A stretch of DNA of 64,000 bases, taken from Candidatus Poseidoniales archaeon (GTDB lineage: Archaea; Thermoplasmatota; Poseidoniia; Poseidoniales; Poseidoniaceae). Both the position numbers and the translations under genes were made by a program. This document shows positions 19,966 through 29,938 of the stretch, piece by piece. The notes beneath the pieces are model-generated. The model was not told the origin of the DNA, made no database searches, and saw only the letters and a program-made list of their open reading frames with translations. Within the stretch, counting starts at the first letter, position 1, and each line of letters opens with the position of its first letter. The DNA is taken from the NCBI GenBank assembly GCA_038144595.1, contig JAYQOB010000007.1, forward strand, positions 251-64,250. The letters run 5' to 3'.

Positions 19966-22575
19966 TTGGTTTTTATGCTCCATGGCCAACGCTGGCACAT
20001 GGATAAGGCGGACCTTGAGGAACGCCTTGCGAAAGCGGCGCCGGCGTTCAGTCGGGCGGCACCACTCATCGTCGGTGTCTTTTCCATCCTCACCTTGGTG
20101 CTCGCTGGCAACCTGTACGTTTCACCGCCCACGTTTCAGACCGATCTCAACGATTTCTCGCCCGAAACAGAGGCGTCGGAAGCTCACGACCGCATCCACG
20201 AGCATTTCCCCAACGAAATGCGACCGCTGTTCGTCCATGTGACCACGGACGACGGCTCCAACGTGCTGGGCCTCGACGCCATGAAGGCCATGCAGGACGA
20301 CCTCGCTCACTTCCAAGACGAGGCGGCCAAGCGAGAGAACATGGTCTCGGTCTGGACCACGGCACCCGGCATCCTCCAGTTGGCCGTCGACGAAGAGGGC
20401 GGTGGAGCCGCTCTGGCCACGTTTGAGGACTGGTCCGGCATCATCGACGCCCTGTTTGACGACAACGAAACCTGTGGCTTGACCGCCGACGACCAACTGC
20501 TTTCGGCTGCCACCTACGCCTCGTCCGCCCTGTTGCACAACGACCTCGACTACGAACCGGTGTGCGTCTACCTCGACGACGGCACGGGCACGGCAGCACC
20601 GACGGCGTCCTCGACGTTGTGGGTGCTGGAGATCGACCCCGACCTTGACGAAACCCCACGACGCATGCTCCAAGACCAACTTCGTGATGTGTTCTCCGAG
20701 CGTTCGTCCACCTCGACGTTGACCTACGAGGTCATCTCCAACGACCTGCTGGCCCACGACATTGACGAGGGTACCTTCGACAACCTCCTTTTGCTCGTGT
20801 TGTTGGCGTTCGCCGTGGTCGTGCTGATGCTGTCGGTGGCCTTCCGTTCCCTCTCGAGCGTGGCCTTTCCCCTGGTCGGCCTGACCAGTGCCCTTATCTG
20901 GACGTACGGCATTCTGAACATCTCCGGTGCTCGGTTCACGGCCCTCGAGGCCACCGTGGCGCCCCTCGTGTTGGGTCTCGGCATTGACTATGCCATTCAC
21001 TTGCAGCGCGCTCAGCGCTCCTTCCGAGACGAATACCCCACCGTTGCAGAGTCGTGGTTGCGTGCGTGTGGCCACCTCTCGATTCCGCGGTCCTTGGCCG
21101 TGGTCACCACGGTGGCGGCCTTCATGGCCAACGTCATTTCTCCGCTCCCTCCGCTGGCGGTGCTGGGCTACGCCTTGTCCTTGGGTGTGGTCTCGGCCTT
21201 CATCTCCTCGACCGTGTTCGTCGGTGCGCTCCACGTGGTCTTTTCCAAGAAAGCACCCGGTGAAGCCCGTCCTTCCCTCCGTTTCCCGGCGCTTTCAAAG
21301 CAGATCGTCCGGGTACAAAAGAAGCAACAAGTCGGTGTCATCCTGGTCACGGTGCTGATTTCGGGTCTCGCCGTCTACGGTGCTGCTTCCTTGGAGACGG
21401 ATTTTGACCTGGCTGACTTTGTCAGCGAGGACATGCCCATCATGGGTGTACGTGATGATTTGACCACCAGCTACGAAAGCGCTGGCTGGAAGGTGATTCA
21501 CCTCCTCATGGAGCCTGCCGAAGGGGAAGAAACCATCCCGGGGGACCTTGACCTCTTGAGCGAACTGAGGAACTTCCATTTTGACCTCAAATCCAACAAC
21601 GACGTGGTGGGCACCAACTTCCGGATTCCTTCGCCCACCTACGAAGGTCCCTATCCGTTGATCCGTGACGCCATTCTTCGCAACGCAAGTTTGGGTTCGG
21701 CTCACAATTTGGAGGTCTTCGCTGGGGAGGTCTATCCCATCGAGCGTTCAGAACCCATTGACTTGGGCGCCTTCTTCCTCTCACTGTCAGCCAACGAAAG
21801 CGTGGCCGACCCCTTGACGGGTGAGACATGGAGCGAGCGCATCGGTCAAACCGTTCACCTTGAGGGGGCGTCCATCGTCCACCTGCGTCATGAAATTCGA
21901 GTCGAAGCGTCAACCTCCGTTGAGTCCAGTCGTGTGGTTGACAATTTCATCGCCATTCTGGGTTCCACCGAGGACTCGGGGACGTTGAAATATCAACTCA
22001 AAGACCACGCTGTCCTCCATGTCACCGGTGATTTGGTCATGCTCGAGACGGTGCTGAACGGGTTGACGACCACCCAAATTGAAAGCACGGCGATTTCCCT
22101 CATCGTCTCGTTCCTCGTCCTGTTCCTGCTCACACGACGCATCATGCCGGCCATCATCGTGCTGTTCCCGGTGGGCATTGCCTCACTCTGGGTGGTGGGT
22201 TCCATGGCCCTCATCGGCCTGAAGTGGAACGTCCTGACGGTCATGGTCACGGCGCTCACCTTGGGCATTGGCATCGACTACTCCATCCACATGTGGCGAC
22301 GGTTCGAGGTTGAACTCAAGAAGCGAGGTGACCACTGGGGCGCCCTCGAAGAGGCGCTGGACACGACCGGTGTGGCCTTGATGCTGAGCGCCACCACCTC
22401 CATGGCAGGCTTCGCGGTGCTGCTGTTTTCGCCGATGCCAATCATTCAGGACTTCGGACTGATCACCGCCATCACGGTGTTGTTCTCGCTGGTCTTGGCG
22501 TTGATGGTGTTGCCCGTCCTGGTCGAACTATCGGCCCGTGGCCAAGAATCGCTGGCTGAGGATGCTACGGATTAA
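19966..22575 (+). CDS. RND-superfamily exporter (MMPL/SSD-type, COG1033-like)
   Basis: 869 aa. Two blocks of about 6 TM helices, each following a large soluble loop. Duplicated LGLGIDYAIHL / LTLGIGIDYSIHM motifs. The real start may be MDKADLEERL (aa 12). Confidence 0.8.
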   Translation: MVFMLHGQRWHMDKADLEERLAKAAPAFSRAAPLIVGVFSILTLVLAGNLYVSPPTFQTDLNDFSPETEASEAHDRIHEHFPNEMRPLFVHVTTDDGSNVLGLDAMKAMQDDLAHFQDEAAKRENMVSVWTTAPGILQLAVDEEGGGAALATFEDWSGIIDALFDDNETCGLTADDQLLSAATYASSALLHNDLDYEPVCVYLDDGTGTAAPTASSTLWVLEIDPDLDETPRRMLQDQLRDVFSERSSTSTLTYEVISNDLLAHDIDEGTFDNLLLLVLLAFAVVVLMLSVAFRSLSSVAFPLVGLTSALIWTYGILNISGARFTALEATVAPLVLGLGIDYAIHLQRAQRSFRDEYPTVAESWLRACGHLSIPRSLAVVTTVAAFMANVISPLPPLAVLGYALSLGVVSAFISSTVFVGALHVVFSKKAPGEARPSLRFPALSKQIVRVQKKQQVGVILVTVLISGLAVYGAASLETDFDLADFVSEDMPIMGVRDDLTTSYESAGWKVIHLLMEPAEGEETIPGDLDLLSELRNFHFDLKSNNDVVGTNFRIPSPTYEGPYPLIRDAILRNASLGSAHNLEVFAGEVYPIERSEPIDLGAFFLSLSANESVADPLTGETWSERIGQTVHLEGASIVHLRHEIRVEASTSVESSRVVDNFIAILGSTEDSGTLKYQLKDHAVLHVTGDLVMLETVLNGLTTTQIESTAISLIVSFLVLFLLTRRIMPAIIVLFPVGIASLWVVGSMALIGLKWNVLTVMVTALTLGIGIDYSIHMWRRFEVELKKRGDHWGALEEALDTTGVALMLSATTSMAGFAVLLFSPMPIIQDFGLITAITVLFSLVLALMVLPVLVELSARGQESLAEDATD

Positions 22576-23231
22576 ACGACATCGAGCGCCTTGACGATGT
22601 CGTCCATCACGAGCCCCTGTTCCCGTGCCACCAAAGCGTAGGCCATCCAGGGTGTGATGAGTTGGAACGCCCTGGTCTTGCGGTCCGCTCGACGGTGCAA
22701 TTCGTCGAGCTCCAAACCGCTTTGCCGAGCGATGAACCTCGCGACACGCTGGGTCAATCGAGCGCGAGGGTCGCCGGTCGAGGCTGGTCGGCTGGGCCGT
22801 GGGGCTGCCGCAGATGTGGTCGGTGCCGATGAAGTTGCTGCGGCTGCAGAAGACGCCTCACCGGTGCTACCGAGGAGGGGTGCAGTGTCGGTTTCATCTC
22901 CCTCGGTCATGGAGGAAGCCGCCACCGGGCGCAAGAGGCGGGCGGGGCGGGGAAACCATCCGAAGGGAACGTCGACCTTGCCGAGAGGAACTGCGAGGTG
23001 AAGTTCGGCGCCTCGCTCCTCGAGCCAACCGCTGGCCAACAGGGCGTTCACGACGTCTTCGGCTTCGTGCGGGGCCACCCACTCCATGTCGAACGAGAAC
23101 GTTCGCTCAACGTCGGGTCGGGGTAGCCCTTCCGCACCACGGAACACGATGGTGAGGGCTCGGCGAACATCGTCAATGTCCTCACTCATGGGATGCTGGA
23201 GGCGTGGAGCCTTCATGAAGGTAGGCATCAA
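22572..23231 (-). CDS. conserved archaeal hypothetical protein (DUF2240-like architecture)
   Basis: 219 aa. The N-terminal domain (FSFDMEWVAPHEAEDVVNALLASGWLEERGAELHLAV) and the C-terminal helical domain are separated by an Ala/Ser/Pro linker. Lies directly downstream of the Kelch giant gene. The family assignment is from memory only. Confidence 0.4.
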   Translation of the reverse strand: MMPTFMKAPRLQHPMSEDIDDVRRALTIVFRGAEGLPRPDVERTFSFDMEWVAPHEAEDVVNALLASGWLEERGAELHLAVPLGKVDVPFGWFPRPARLLRPVAASSMTEGDETDTAPLLGSTGEASSAAAATSSAPTTSAAAPRPSRPASTGDPRARLTQRVARFIARQSGLELDELHRRADRKTRAFQLITPWMAYALVAREQGLVMDDIVKALDVV

Positions 23232-26200
23232 GGTTCATCGCTGAGTTTGGTGAACGATTTATCGTCGTTGAGGCGCCAACGACCGCAGGTCGCTCCGACG
23301 TAGAAGGTCCCTTCTGCCGTGTATTCGTACTCGCCGCCTGCGGGCAGTTGTGAGTAGTCTGTCACTCGCTCCTCACCTTCCACGGCTTGAGCCGGCACGC
23401 CGAGGGCAGCCATGTGCTGGGCTGCCATCTCTTGGGGCGTTGGTGCTGGCGTCGCCGATGCTTCTTCCACGGCCTTCGGAGGACCACGTGGCGGTCCACG
23501 ACCGGGTGTTTTCACCGGGCTGGAGGCGATCTTTCCACCGGGTGGGCCTCGCTTCTTTGGCGGTTGAGCGGTTGAGGTGGGTGGTGAGGCGAGAGGGGTG
23601 TTGCCCGAATCACTCGAGACCAGTGCGGCTGCCACCTGCCCCGTCGCTTCCAGCGCTGCTGCCACGTGTTCTTCAATGCCGGCAGGAGTTCGACGGCGCA
23701 GCACCACGCTTGCACCAAGGAGGGCGAGCAAACCCACACCACCCAGCGTCATGGCGACGGCACCGAAGCCACCGGATGAACCGGTGACATTGGTGGACCA
23801 CACGTTGTTGGTCTCATCGATTTCCCACACCAAGCCTTCCTTGTCAACGGTGATTTCGAGGGTCCAGTCGCCTTCTGGTGCGGTAAACGAACGCTTGACG
23901 GATTTCGCTGTGTTGGCGTCCATGGAATAAAACACCGAACGTCCCACCATGGTGCGCTCATCGCCCTGAACAAGTTCGATGGTGGCGTTGAACGGCGTGG
24001 GCAGTTGTTCTCCACCGTTCACCACAAAGAAGGACAGGCGAATGTTCTCGCCGGCTTCTAAGTCACCGGTGAGTTCGACGTTTTCCAGTGCGAGGTCGGG
24101 CCCAATGTTGTTGAGCGGTGCCTCAAGCCACGGGTCAAGTTCTGAATTTCCGGTGGAGGACGCCAGGTCCCAGCCCGCATCATCTGCCCCTTCGGCCCAG
24201 CAATTGAGGTTGGCCTGCTGCGACAGTAGCGAAGGGTCGCCCAGGCCACTGAAATCGAACATGAAGCTGAACATGGTTTTCCCGTCAAAGACCGTGGTCG
24301 AGTTTCGAACGAGGCTGACGGGCTCCCAGGATTGTGCGAGAGAACGAATCTGGCAGGTGAGTTTGAGGTCGCTGGACCATGCTTGGCCTTCTGCGATGTA
24401 GACGCCGATTTCGACCTCCTCAAGTTTGTACCTCGAGATGCTGTCGTTGATGGCCGAAGGCACGAGTTCGGGTGCGTCAGAGTCCAGTTGGAACACGGGC
24501 ATCTCGTAGACGCTGAGGAGCTCGGTTTCAAGCGGGTCCCACAGCATCAAGGTCATGTCTTGGACCAAGCCGGATGCTTCGGGTGTGGGAATGGACGTGG
24601 AGAGCATGCCGTCCACGAGGGTCACGGTCTCGCCGCCTCGCCATGGTTCGCCCTGCAGCAAACCGTCCCAGCGAAGGCGAAGGTCACCGGAGTAGGGCGT
24701 GGCACTGGTCCGATGGGAGACGCTGGCGGTCAGGTTGATCCTGTCGCCACCCATCAAAACGGCACCTGCCACGATGGTTTGCTGAACCTCGCCGGTGGTG
24801 TCCCGGAGTTGATTGACATCAATGGCCATCTCGCGCTCCAACACCCACGCTTCGGTGAAGGATTCTCGGTGCGTTCCATCGTAGTCTCGAATGATCACGT
24901 CAAGTTCACCAGCGGCCAGGCCGCTCATCGTCAGGCTCCACTGAACGGTGGCCGTGAACGCCACGGTGAGGATGCCAGCCTCCTGCGTGACTTCGCAGCC
25001 GCTGGGCAGCAACAAAAGTCGTTCGTCCAGCGAAGCGCACGTGTCGTCCGCCGTGGTGTACTTGACACCCAATCGGTCGTCGTTGCCCACCTCAAGGCGG
25101 AGTTCGGTCAGATCACTCAGACCGTTGGCGTCGGTCACAGCGACGCGCCAGCCGACCGCTTGAGCCGGTTCAAACCGCATCATGGTGTCCGAGAGCAGGT
25201 TGGTGGTCGGTTCAAAGGCGACGAGTTCACCTTTGGTTGGTGTACGAGATTCCCAGCGCGCATGGCCTTCCTCGGCGGTCGTGGGGGGGACACTGAAGCC
25301 TGCCAGGTCGGTGCCTTCCAGCAGGACGCGCCCCCACTGGTGGTCGCCGTTGACGGTGTCGTTCACGGTGATGTTCACGGTCCACAGGTTCCCATTTTGG
25401 TGGGTGTAAAACAGCGATGGCTGGTATTCAACGCGCTGCGGCACCCCATCGGCCAACCCGCCGTTGGTGCCGTCGTCTCGAGCTTCCAGCCACGAATAGG
25501 CTGCCAATGTTTCGTTGGTGAATCCACCAACGTCGTGGAACTGGAACGAGACCGTCCTGTAGACCTGTTCGTTGGTGTAAGCGTCAAGCTCTGGGCTGAC
25601 ATCGAGGAGGGTCGGGCCCTCGCCGTTCAAGACAAATTCCAGCGGTGTGCTGTCCACCACGAGGTCCCAGTCCTCGCTGGTTCGAGCCTCAATCCAAAGA
25701 CGGAGTTCTCCGGACAAGGATTCGGGTGCATTGACCAGCGCATGTTCCACCTGGCCGGCAGGGAGGTCAAACCATGCCGAACTCTGGTTGGACCAGATGC
25801 GTTCCCCAAAGGCGTCCTCGTCAAAGGTGTGGAGGTCCATGTGAATTCGGCACTGAATCGTACCGCCGAGCAAACGAAGGCCGCTGTTGGTGAATCGGTG
25901 GTCGATGGTCAAGTTCAACGCCGTGTTCCCGGGCAAGACCTCGCCGGCTTCCACCGTGTCATCGCCTTGACTGGACACATCGGCCGTAACGTTCTGTAAC
26001 ACCACGTTCACCGAGCGGTCGATGCTCGTGACGTCGTCGTGGAGGTAGGATGCATTCCGCTCGGCGTGCGTGCTGGTCATGAACTTCAGGTAGTCGGTGG
26101 GCATGGTGCCGCCCAACGAAAAGGTCCAGTTCACCGTCTGCCCCTGATCGGTCATCGGTCCGAGCGTGGCACTCGCTTGTTGGTTGAACAGCAACGTGGA

Positions 26201-27952
26201 AGGGTCGTCAACGGTCAGTGAAGCGGTCGCCGTGTCCCACGTGAGGGTCAACCAGTCAGACCCCGAGTCGAAACTGCCGGACGCATCGGTGGGGTGAAGC
26301 GCCAGCACGTAGGTGCCGTCTTGGGTGGTGGCGTGATGCTGCGTGAGGATGTTCACGGGAGCCGAGGTTGGCTGCATGGTCGATGGAGGTGAGGTCTCAA
26401 ACGCCGCTGAATCAGCGCCGATGGAGACGTTGATCAGCGTTGGCGTCACCCACTCCATCAACCTCGTCGTGGCGTACTTCACGCGGTACTGGAGAAACGA
26501 GGCGTCTTCGGGGACATTCACCAACGATTGATTCCCCGGCTCGAGATAGGTGCTGACCGGGACGGTGGTCGGAAGCCACGCCGCCGATGCCATGTCCTGC
26601 ATGGTGTCGGCCGTGCGGTACTGCAAGCCAAGATCGGTGCCGGTGGGTTCGATGGCGGAAAACCGGAGCCAAAGGAGACTGGCGGCGCCTTCGGCAGACG
26701 GTCGAAGGTCGTAGATGGACGAGGTCAGAAGCCCGTCGTGGGACGTGGGGTTCACGTGGTATTCATTTTCAGCGAGGTACTGGATGCTCCACGTGCTGAA
26801 CCGCGAATTGCTCGTATCGCCCGAGGCGTAGACAAGCGTGTCGTTGGCGAGGGCGAGCGTGGAGTCGTAGAGACCAATGGGCAACGTGGCGTAGGTATTC
26901 CACGTGTTCGTGAACGGGTCGTAGCCGTAGGTTTTGTCGTTGGAAGAACCGCTCCATCCGGATGTTTCGTATCCGCCATGGATGATGATCTCGTCGTTGA
27001 AGACGGCGGCGGCGTAGGCGGAGAACTTGTGCGTGGCGTTGGGAAGCTGCGTCCATGAATCGGTGATAGGGTCGTAGGCTTCGGTCAGGTTGGTCTCCTG
27101 CTCAACGGTCGTGTTGGCCACCGGGTCAAAGAAGACGGCTACGCCGCCGTAGGCGATGAGTTTGCCACGGAAGGCGACGAGTTCAAAGGAGTGGCGCTGG
27201 TTGTTCATGTTCGCCATTTGGGTCCATGAATCGTTGACGGGGTCGTAGCGAAGCAGACGGTCCGTGGAGTCCGAACGGTCCTTGGCCGAGACACCACCGG
27301 CCACGTAAACAAGGCCGTTGAGGCTGGCCACACCAGCGAGTCCAACCGACTGATTCCCGGGCATGCTGGTGCCGTAGCTCCAGTTGCCATCGGTGGCGTC
27401 GTAGACCTGAACCAATCCGGTGGCTTCGACGGAGGGCGAGGAATAAGGGTGGTGGTCACCGATGGCGTAGATGGTGTCGCCGACGACGGTGCACTTGTGA
27501 TACTGCTGGGTTTCTTGAAGTTGCTCAACGGCGGGCGTCCAGGTTTTGTTCACCACATCAAAAATTTCCACGGTTTTGGTGTTCGCCTCATCGCCCGTTT
27601 GGGAGGGGTCGACGTCAATGCGACCACCAATGAGGAACACTTCTTCGGTGGCCGGCAAATACGCCGAGCAAGCGCCCGTTCGCATTTGTGTGAGCCCGAT
27701 GCCGGAGGTGGTCGTCCACGAAACGGGTGGGCGCTTGAGTTCGGTCAGGCCCGATGCAGCCGATTGCGTGAGGTTGGTGTGGCTGAACCCGTTGGAGGTG
27801 GCAAAGTTGTCCACCAATTCCTCGGTGTGCTGCACTGTTGTTGGGTTCTCTTCGGCGAGAGAGCGCTCATCAGGCACGAGGAGCGGCGACCACGATACTG
27901 CGACCATAACGAGGGTGACCAACACCGTCGTCCAACGCTGGTGATTGACCAT
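23228..27952 (-). CDS. giant surface protein: signal anchor, Kelch beta-propeller, many beta-sandwich domains, CARDB-like domain, TM anchor, Pro/basic cytoplasmic tail
   Basis: 1574-aa uninterrupted ORF. N-terminal hydrophobic segment WTTVLVTLVMVAVSW. Kelch-like blades (VFLIGGRID...VEIFDVVNKTWTP; VYVAGGVSAKD...LLRYDPVNDSWTQMANMNNQRHSFELVAFRGKLIAYGG; AYDPITDSWTQLP). CARDB-like GPDLALENVELTGDLEAGENIRLSFFVVNGG...IDETNNVW. TM helix AVAMTLGGVGLLALLGASVVL followed by RRR. The tail ends GEYEYTAEGTFYVGATCGRWRL. Confidence 0.8.
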   Translation of the reverse strand: MVNHQRWTTVLVTLVMVAVSWSPLLVPDERSLAEENPTTVQHTEELVDNFATSNGFSHTNLTQSAASGLTELKRPPVSWTTTSGIGLTQMRTGACSAYLPATEEVFLIGGRIDVDPSQTGDEANTKTVEIFDVVNKTWTPAVEQLQETQQYHKCTVVGDTIYAIGDHHPYSSPSVEATGLVQVYDATDGNWSYGTSMPGNQSVGLAGVASLNGLVYVAGGVSAKDRSDSTDRLLRYDPVNDSWTQMANMNNQRHSFELVAFRGKLIAYGGVAVFFDPVANTTVEQETNLTEAYDPITDSWTQLPNATHKFSAYAAAVFNDEIIIHGGYETSGWSGSSNDKTYGYDPFTNTWNTYATLPIGLYDSTLALANDTLVYASGDTSNSRFSTWSIQYLAENEYHVNPTSHDGLLTSSIYDLRPSAEGAASLLWLRFSAIEPTGTDLGLQYRTADTMQDMASAAWLPTTVPVSTYLEPGNQSLVNVPEDASFLQYRVKYATTRLMEWVTPTLINVSIGADSAAFETSPPSTMQPTSAPVNILTQHHATTQDGTYVLALHPTDASGSFDSGSDWLTLTWDTATASLTVDDPSTLLFNQQASATLGPMTDQGQTVNWTFSLGGTMPTDYLKFMTSTHAERNASYLHDDVTSIDRSVNVVLQNVTADVSSQGDDTVEAGEVLPGNTALNLTIDHRFTNSGLRLLGGTIQCRIHMDLHTFDEDAFGERIWSNQSSAWFDLPAGQVEHALVNAPESLSGELRLWIEARTSEDWDLVVDSTPLEFVLNGEGPTLLDVSPELDAYTNEQVYRTVSFQFHDVGGFTNETLAAYSWLEARDDGTNGGLADGVPQRVEYQPSLFYTHQNGNLWTVNITVNDTVNGDHQWGRVLLEGTDLAGFSVPPTTAEEGHARWESRTPTKGELVAFEPTTNLLSDTMMRFEPAQAVGWRVAVTDANGLSDLTELRLEVGNDDRLGVKYTTADDTCASLDERLLLLPSGCEVTQEAGILTVAFTATVQWSLTMSGLAAGELDVIIRDYDGTHRESFTEAWVLEREMAIDVNQLRDTTGEVQQTIVAGAVLMGGDRINLTASVSHRTSATPYSGDLRLRWDGLLQGEPWRGGETVTLVDGMLSTSIPTPEASGLVQDMTLMLWDPLETELLSVYEMPVFQLDSDAPELVPSAINDSISRYKLEEVEIGVYIAEGQAWSSDLKLTCQIRSLAQSWEPVSLVRNSTTVFDGKTMFSFMFDFSGLGDPSLLSQQANLNCWAEGADDAGWDLASSTGNSELDPWLEAPLNNIGPDLALENVELTGDLEAGENIRLSFFVVNGGEQLPTPFNATIELVQGDERTMVGRSVFYSMDANTAKSVKRSFTAPEGDWTLEITVDKEGLVWEIDETNNVWSTNVTGSSGGFGAVAMTLGGVGLLALLGASVVLRRRTPAGIEEHVAAALEATGQVAAALVSSDSGNTPLASPPTSTAQPPKKRGPPGGKIASSPVKTPGRGPPRGPPKAVEEASATPAPTPQEMAAQHMAALGVPAQAVEGEERVTDYSQLPAGGEYEYTAEGTFYVGATCGRWRLNDDKSFTKLSDEP

Positions 27953-28064
27953 GTCCTACGGACATGCCCGGAGTTTGAATACTCTTCCAGTGATTGATGA
28001 GCCCAAGCAAAGACCCAACAGGTACCAATGTTGGCAGGAAAAAACCAAACATCCCGTGTTATGA

Positions 28065-29306
28065 TTGGGGTCCATGCACCACCCTGCTCATGACATTCAA
28101 GTAACCCAAGAGCCCAACCTCCTGTTCGGGTTTCCCGTGCTGTTCTTCGGCACCTTGGCCGTCGCAGGGCTCGTGGCGTACGCGCTTCACCGCCGATGGG
28201 GTGAATTGCCAAAAGTGGGTCAGCCTCGCTACGACACCATCGTCCTCCTGCTGGGCCTGTGGTGTTTGGGTGGCTTGTTGACCGATGCCTTTGCCCACAT
28301 TTCGGGCGTGGTGGATGACACCTTTTTCACGCCGTGGCACGCCATTTGGTATTCGGGCGCCACCGCCTACGGTCTCTACATCACCTACGCCATCCTTCCC
28401 GAGGGCGGCGTGCGGGAACTCGTGCGACACCCGTTCAAGGTCCTGGGCGATGTTGAACCTCAACACAAGCCTGGAGTGTACGGCATCGTCATTTTCGGCA
28501 TTTCAGGGGTGGGTGACATGATTTGGCACGAAACCTTGGGCGTCGAAAGCAACACGGATATTCTCCTCTCACCCACCCACATCGGGTTGTTCATCGGCCT
28601 GATCATGTCGGTGACCGCACCGATTTGGTCGGCGTGGCCCGACGGGAAAAGTGGCACCTCTGGGTTGACCTCTCAATTGCTTCTCGTGTTTGGAGCAGGA
28701 GCGGCGTGGAGCGTGGTTCAACTGATTTTCCGCTACACCAACCTTTGGTTCAGGGATCTGTCGGAATTTTGCTACAGCGGTTCCACTGATTTTTGCCAGT
28801 ACGAACACTACAACCAAGGCCTCGAAGTTGGATTGCAGAGTTTCTGGCTTCAGGCCCTGCTTCTCTCCGGAGTCCTCATCCTGTTTCTGAGGCGCTGGAA
28901 ACCCGCTCGAGGCTCGATGTTCATCCTCTTCACGATTCAAGCGGTCAGCATGTGGGTCTATTCCGAATTCAGCTCAACCGTGTTCCAGATGAGCCTTCTC
29001 CTCGCTCTCGCCGCCGAACTCTTCCTCCCGGTGTTCAACCGTTGGGGCATGAAGGCGTACATCCCGTTGATGGCCGCTGCACAGGTGATCATTTTCATGG
29101 GCATGTGGTGGGTTGAGGCCCAACGAATCTCAAACGTCTCCTATTGGTTTGAAGGCAGTGAACTCCACGTCTTGCCCTTCGGGTGGACCATTCATGCGAC
29201 CTTTGGTACCGTGGTGCTCGCTGCTGCCATCGCCTGGTTTGCTGTCGTCGTCGCCGAAGGGCCATCCGTGCCCGATGTTGATCTGGCAGAGGTTGATGAA
29301 CGCTGA
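28065..29306 (+). CDS. polytopic membrane protein with conserved-looking intramembrane histidines, unknown family
   Basis: 413 aa, about 10 hydrophobic segments. His-containing motifs DAFAHISGV, FFTPWHAIWYSG, GDMIWHETLG, LLSPTHIGLF. Ends 80 nt upstream of the H-NOX gene on the same strand. Confidence 0.6.
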   Translation: MGSMHHPAHDIQVTQEPNLLFGFPVLFFGTLAVAGLVAYALHRRWGELPKVGQPRYDTIVLLLGLWCLGGLLTDAFAHISGVVDDTFFTPWHAIWYSGATAYGLYITYAILPEGGVRELVRHPFKVLGDVEPQHKPGVYGIVIFGISGVGDMIWHETLGVESNTDILLSPTHIGLFIGLIMSVTAPIWSAWPDGKSGTSGLTSQLLLVFGAGAAWSVVQLIFRYTNLWFRDLSEFCYSGSTDFCQYEHYNQGLEVGLQSFWLQALLLSGVLILFLRRWKPARGSMFILFTIQAVSMWVYSEFSSTVFQMSLLLALAAELFLPVFNRWGMKAYIPLMAAAQVIIFMGMWWVEAQRISNVSYWFEGSELHVLPFGWTIHATFGTVVLAAAIAWFAVVVAEGPSVPDVDLAEVDER

Positions 29307-29355
29307 GTCTTTGGGGCCGAGTTCAATCATCCCTGCTTGACAGCAAACCGGATGG

Positions 29356-29362
29356 ATAATAA
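29356..29362 (+). promoter_or_regulatory. possible TATA box for a leaderless H-NOX transcript
   Basis: ATAATAA, centred about 27 nt upstream of the ATG at 29386, in otherwise GC-rich spacer. Confidence 0.25.
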
Positions 29363-29385
29363 CCTCCCGTGCGGGCCCAACACCC

Positions 29386-29928
29386 ATGAAAGGCATCGTT
29401 TTTCGGGAATTTATCGACATGGTTGAGGCGAGTTTTGGGGATGAGATGGTGGACACCATCATCGAAGCCTGCGACCTCGAAAGCGGGGGCGCTTACACGG
29501 CCGTCGGTACCTACGACCACACTGAATTGGTGCAGATGGTGGTCGCCCTCTCCGGGGAGACAGGAGCCCCCGTTCCTGCCCTGGTTGAAGCGTTCGGAAC
29601 CTACCTTTTTGGTCGATTTCTCGAACTCTTCCCTGTGTTTTTCAATCACGACACGTCTTTTGAGTTTCTCAACTCCATCCACGATGTCGTTCACGTCGAG
29701 GTGCTGAAACTCTATCCCGACGCCGGGCTTCCTTCGTTTGTCACCGAGTTGTCGGAGGACAAGAAAACCCTCCACTTCGAATACCACTCCTCCCGCCATT
29801 TTGCCGATTTGGCGGTGGGGCTGATGAAAGGGGCCTTCGCCCATTGGAACGAAGATGTTGAGGTCGACATTGAGGACCGCTCATCGGACGAGAAGCAGGT
29901 GGTCATGTTCACTTTCACGCTGAATTGA
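29386..29928 (+). CDS. stand-alone H-NOX (heme nitric oxide/oxygen-binding, HNOB) domain protein
   Basis: 180 aa. The N-terminus MKGIVFREFIDMVEASFGDEMVD resembles MKGTIVGTWIKTLRDLYG of bacterial H-NOX. FLNSIHDVVHVEV places a His where the proximal heme ligand sits (DEVH in the Thermoanaerobacter H-NOX as I recall it). LPSF has a Pro at the heme-distortion position. EYHSSRHFADLAVGLMKG contains the Y-x-S-x-R heme-propionate motif. Confidence 0.85.
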   Translation: MKGIVFREFIDMVEASFGDEMVDTIIEACDLESGGAYTAVGTYDHTELVQMVVALSGETGAPVPALVEAFGTYLFGRFLELFPVFFNHDTSFEFLNSIHDVVHVEVLKLYPDAGLPSFVTELSEDKKTLHFEYHSSRHFADLAVGLMKGAFAHWNEDVEVDIEDRSSDEKQVVMFTFTLN

Positions 29929-29938
29929 GCGTGAAAGT

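Noticed and set aside
20122-21234. Long ORFs antisense to or overlapping well-supported genes. Examples: 20122-21234 (370 aa), 24332-25999 (555 aa), 38058-38939 (293 aa), 39105-41126 (673 aa), 50701-51957 (418 aa), 58808-59842 (344 aa), 43117-43860 (247 aa) and 44528-45244 (238 aa).
   Set aside because: All lie opposite or out of frame to genes with clear family motifs. Their translations are Arg/Gly/His/Val-rich low-complexity strings, typical of stop-poor alternative frames in GC-rich DNA.
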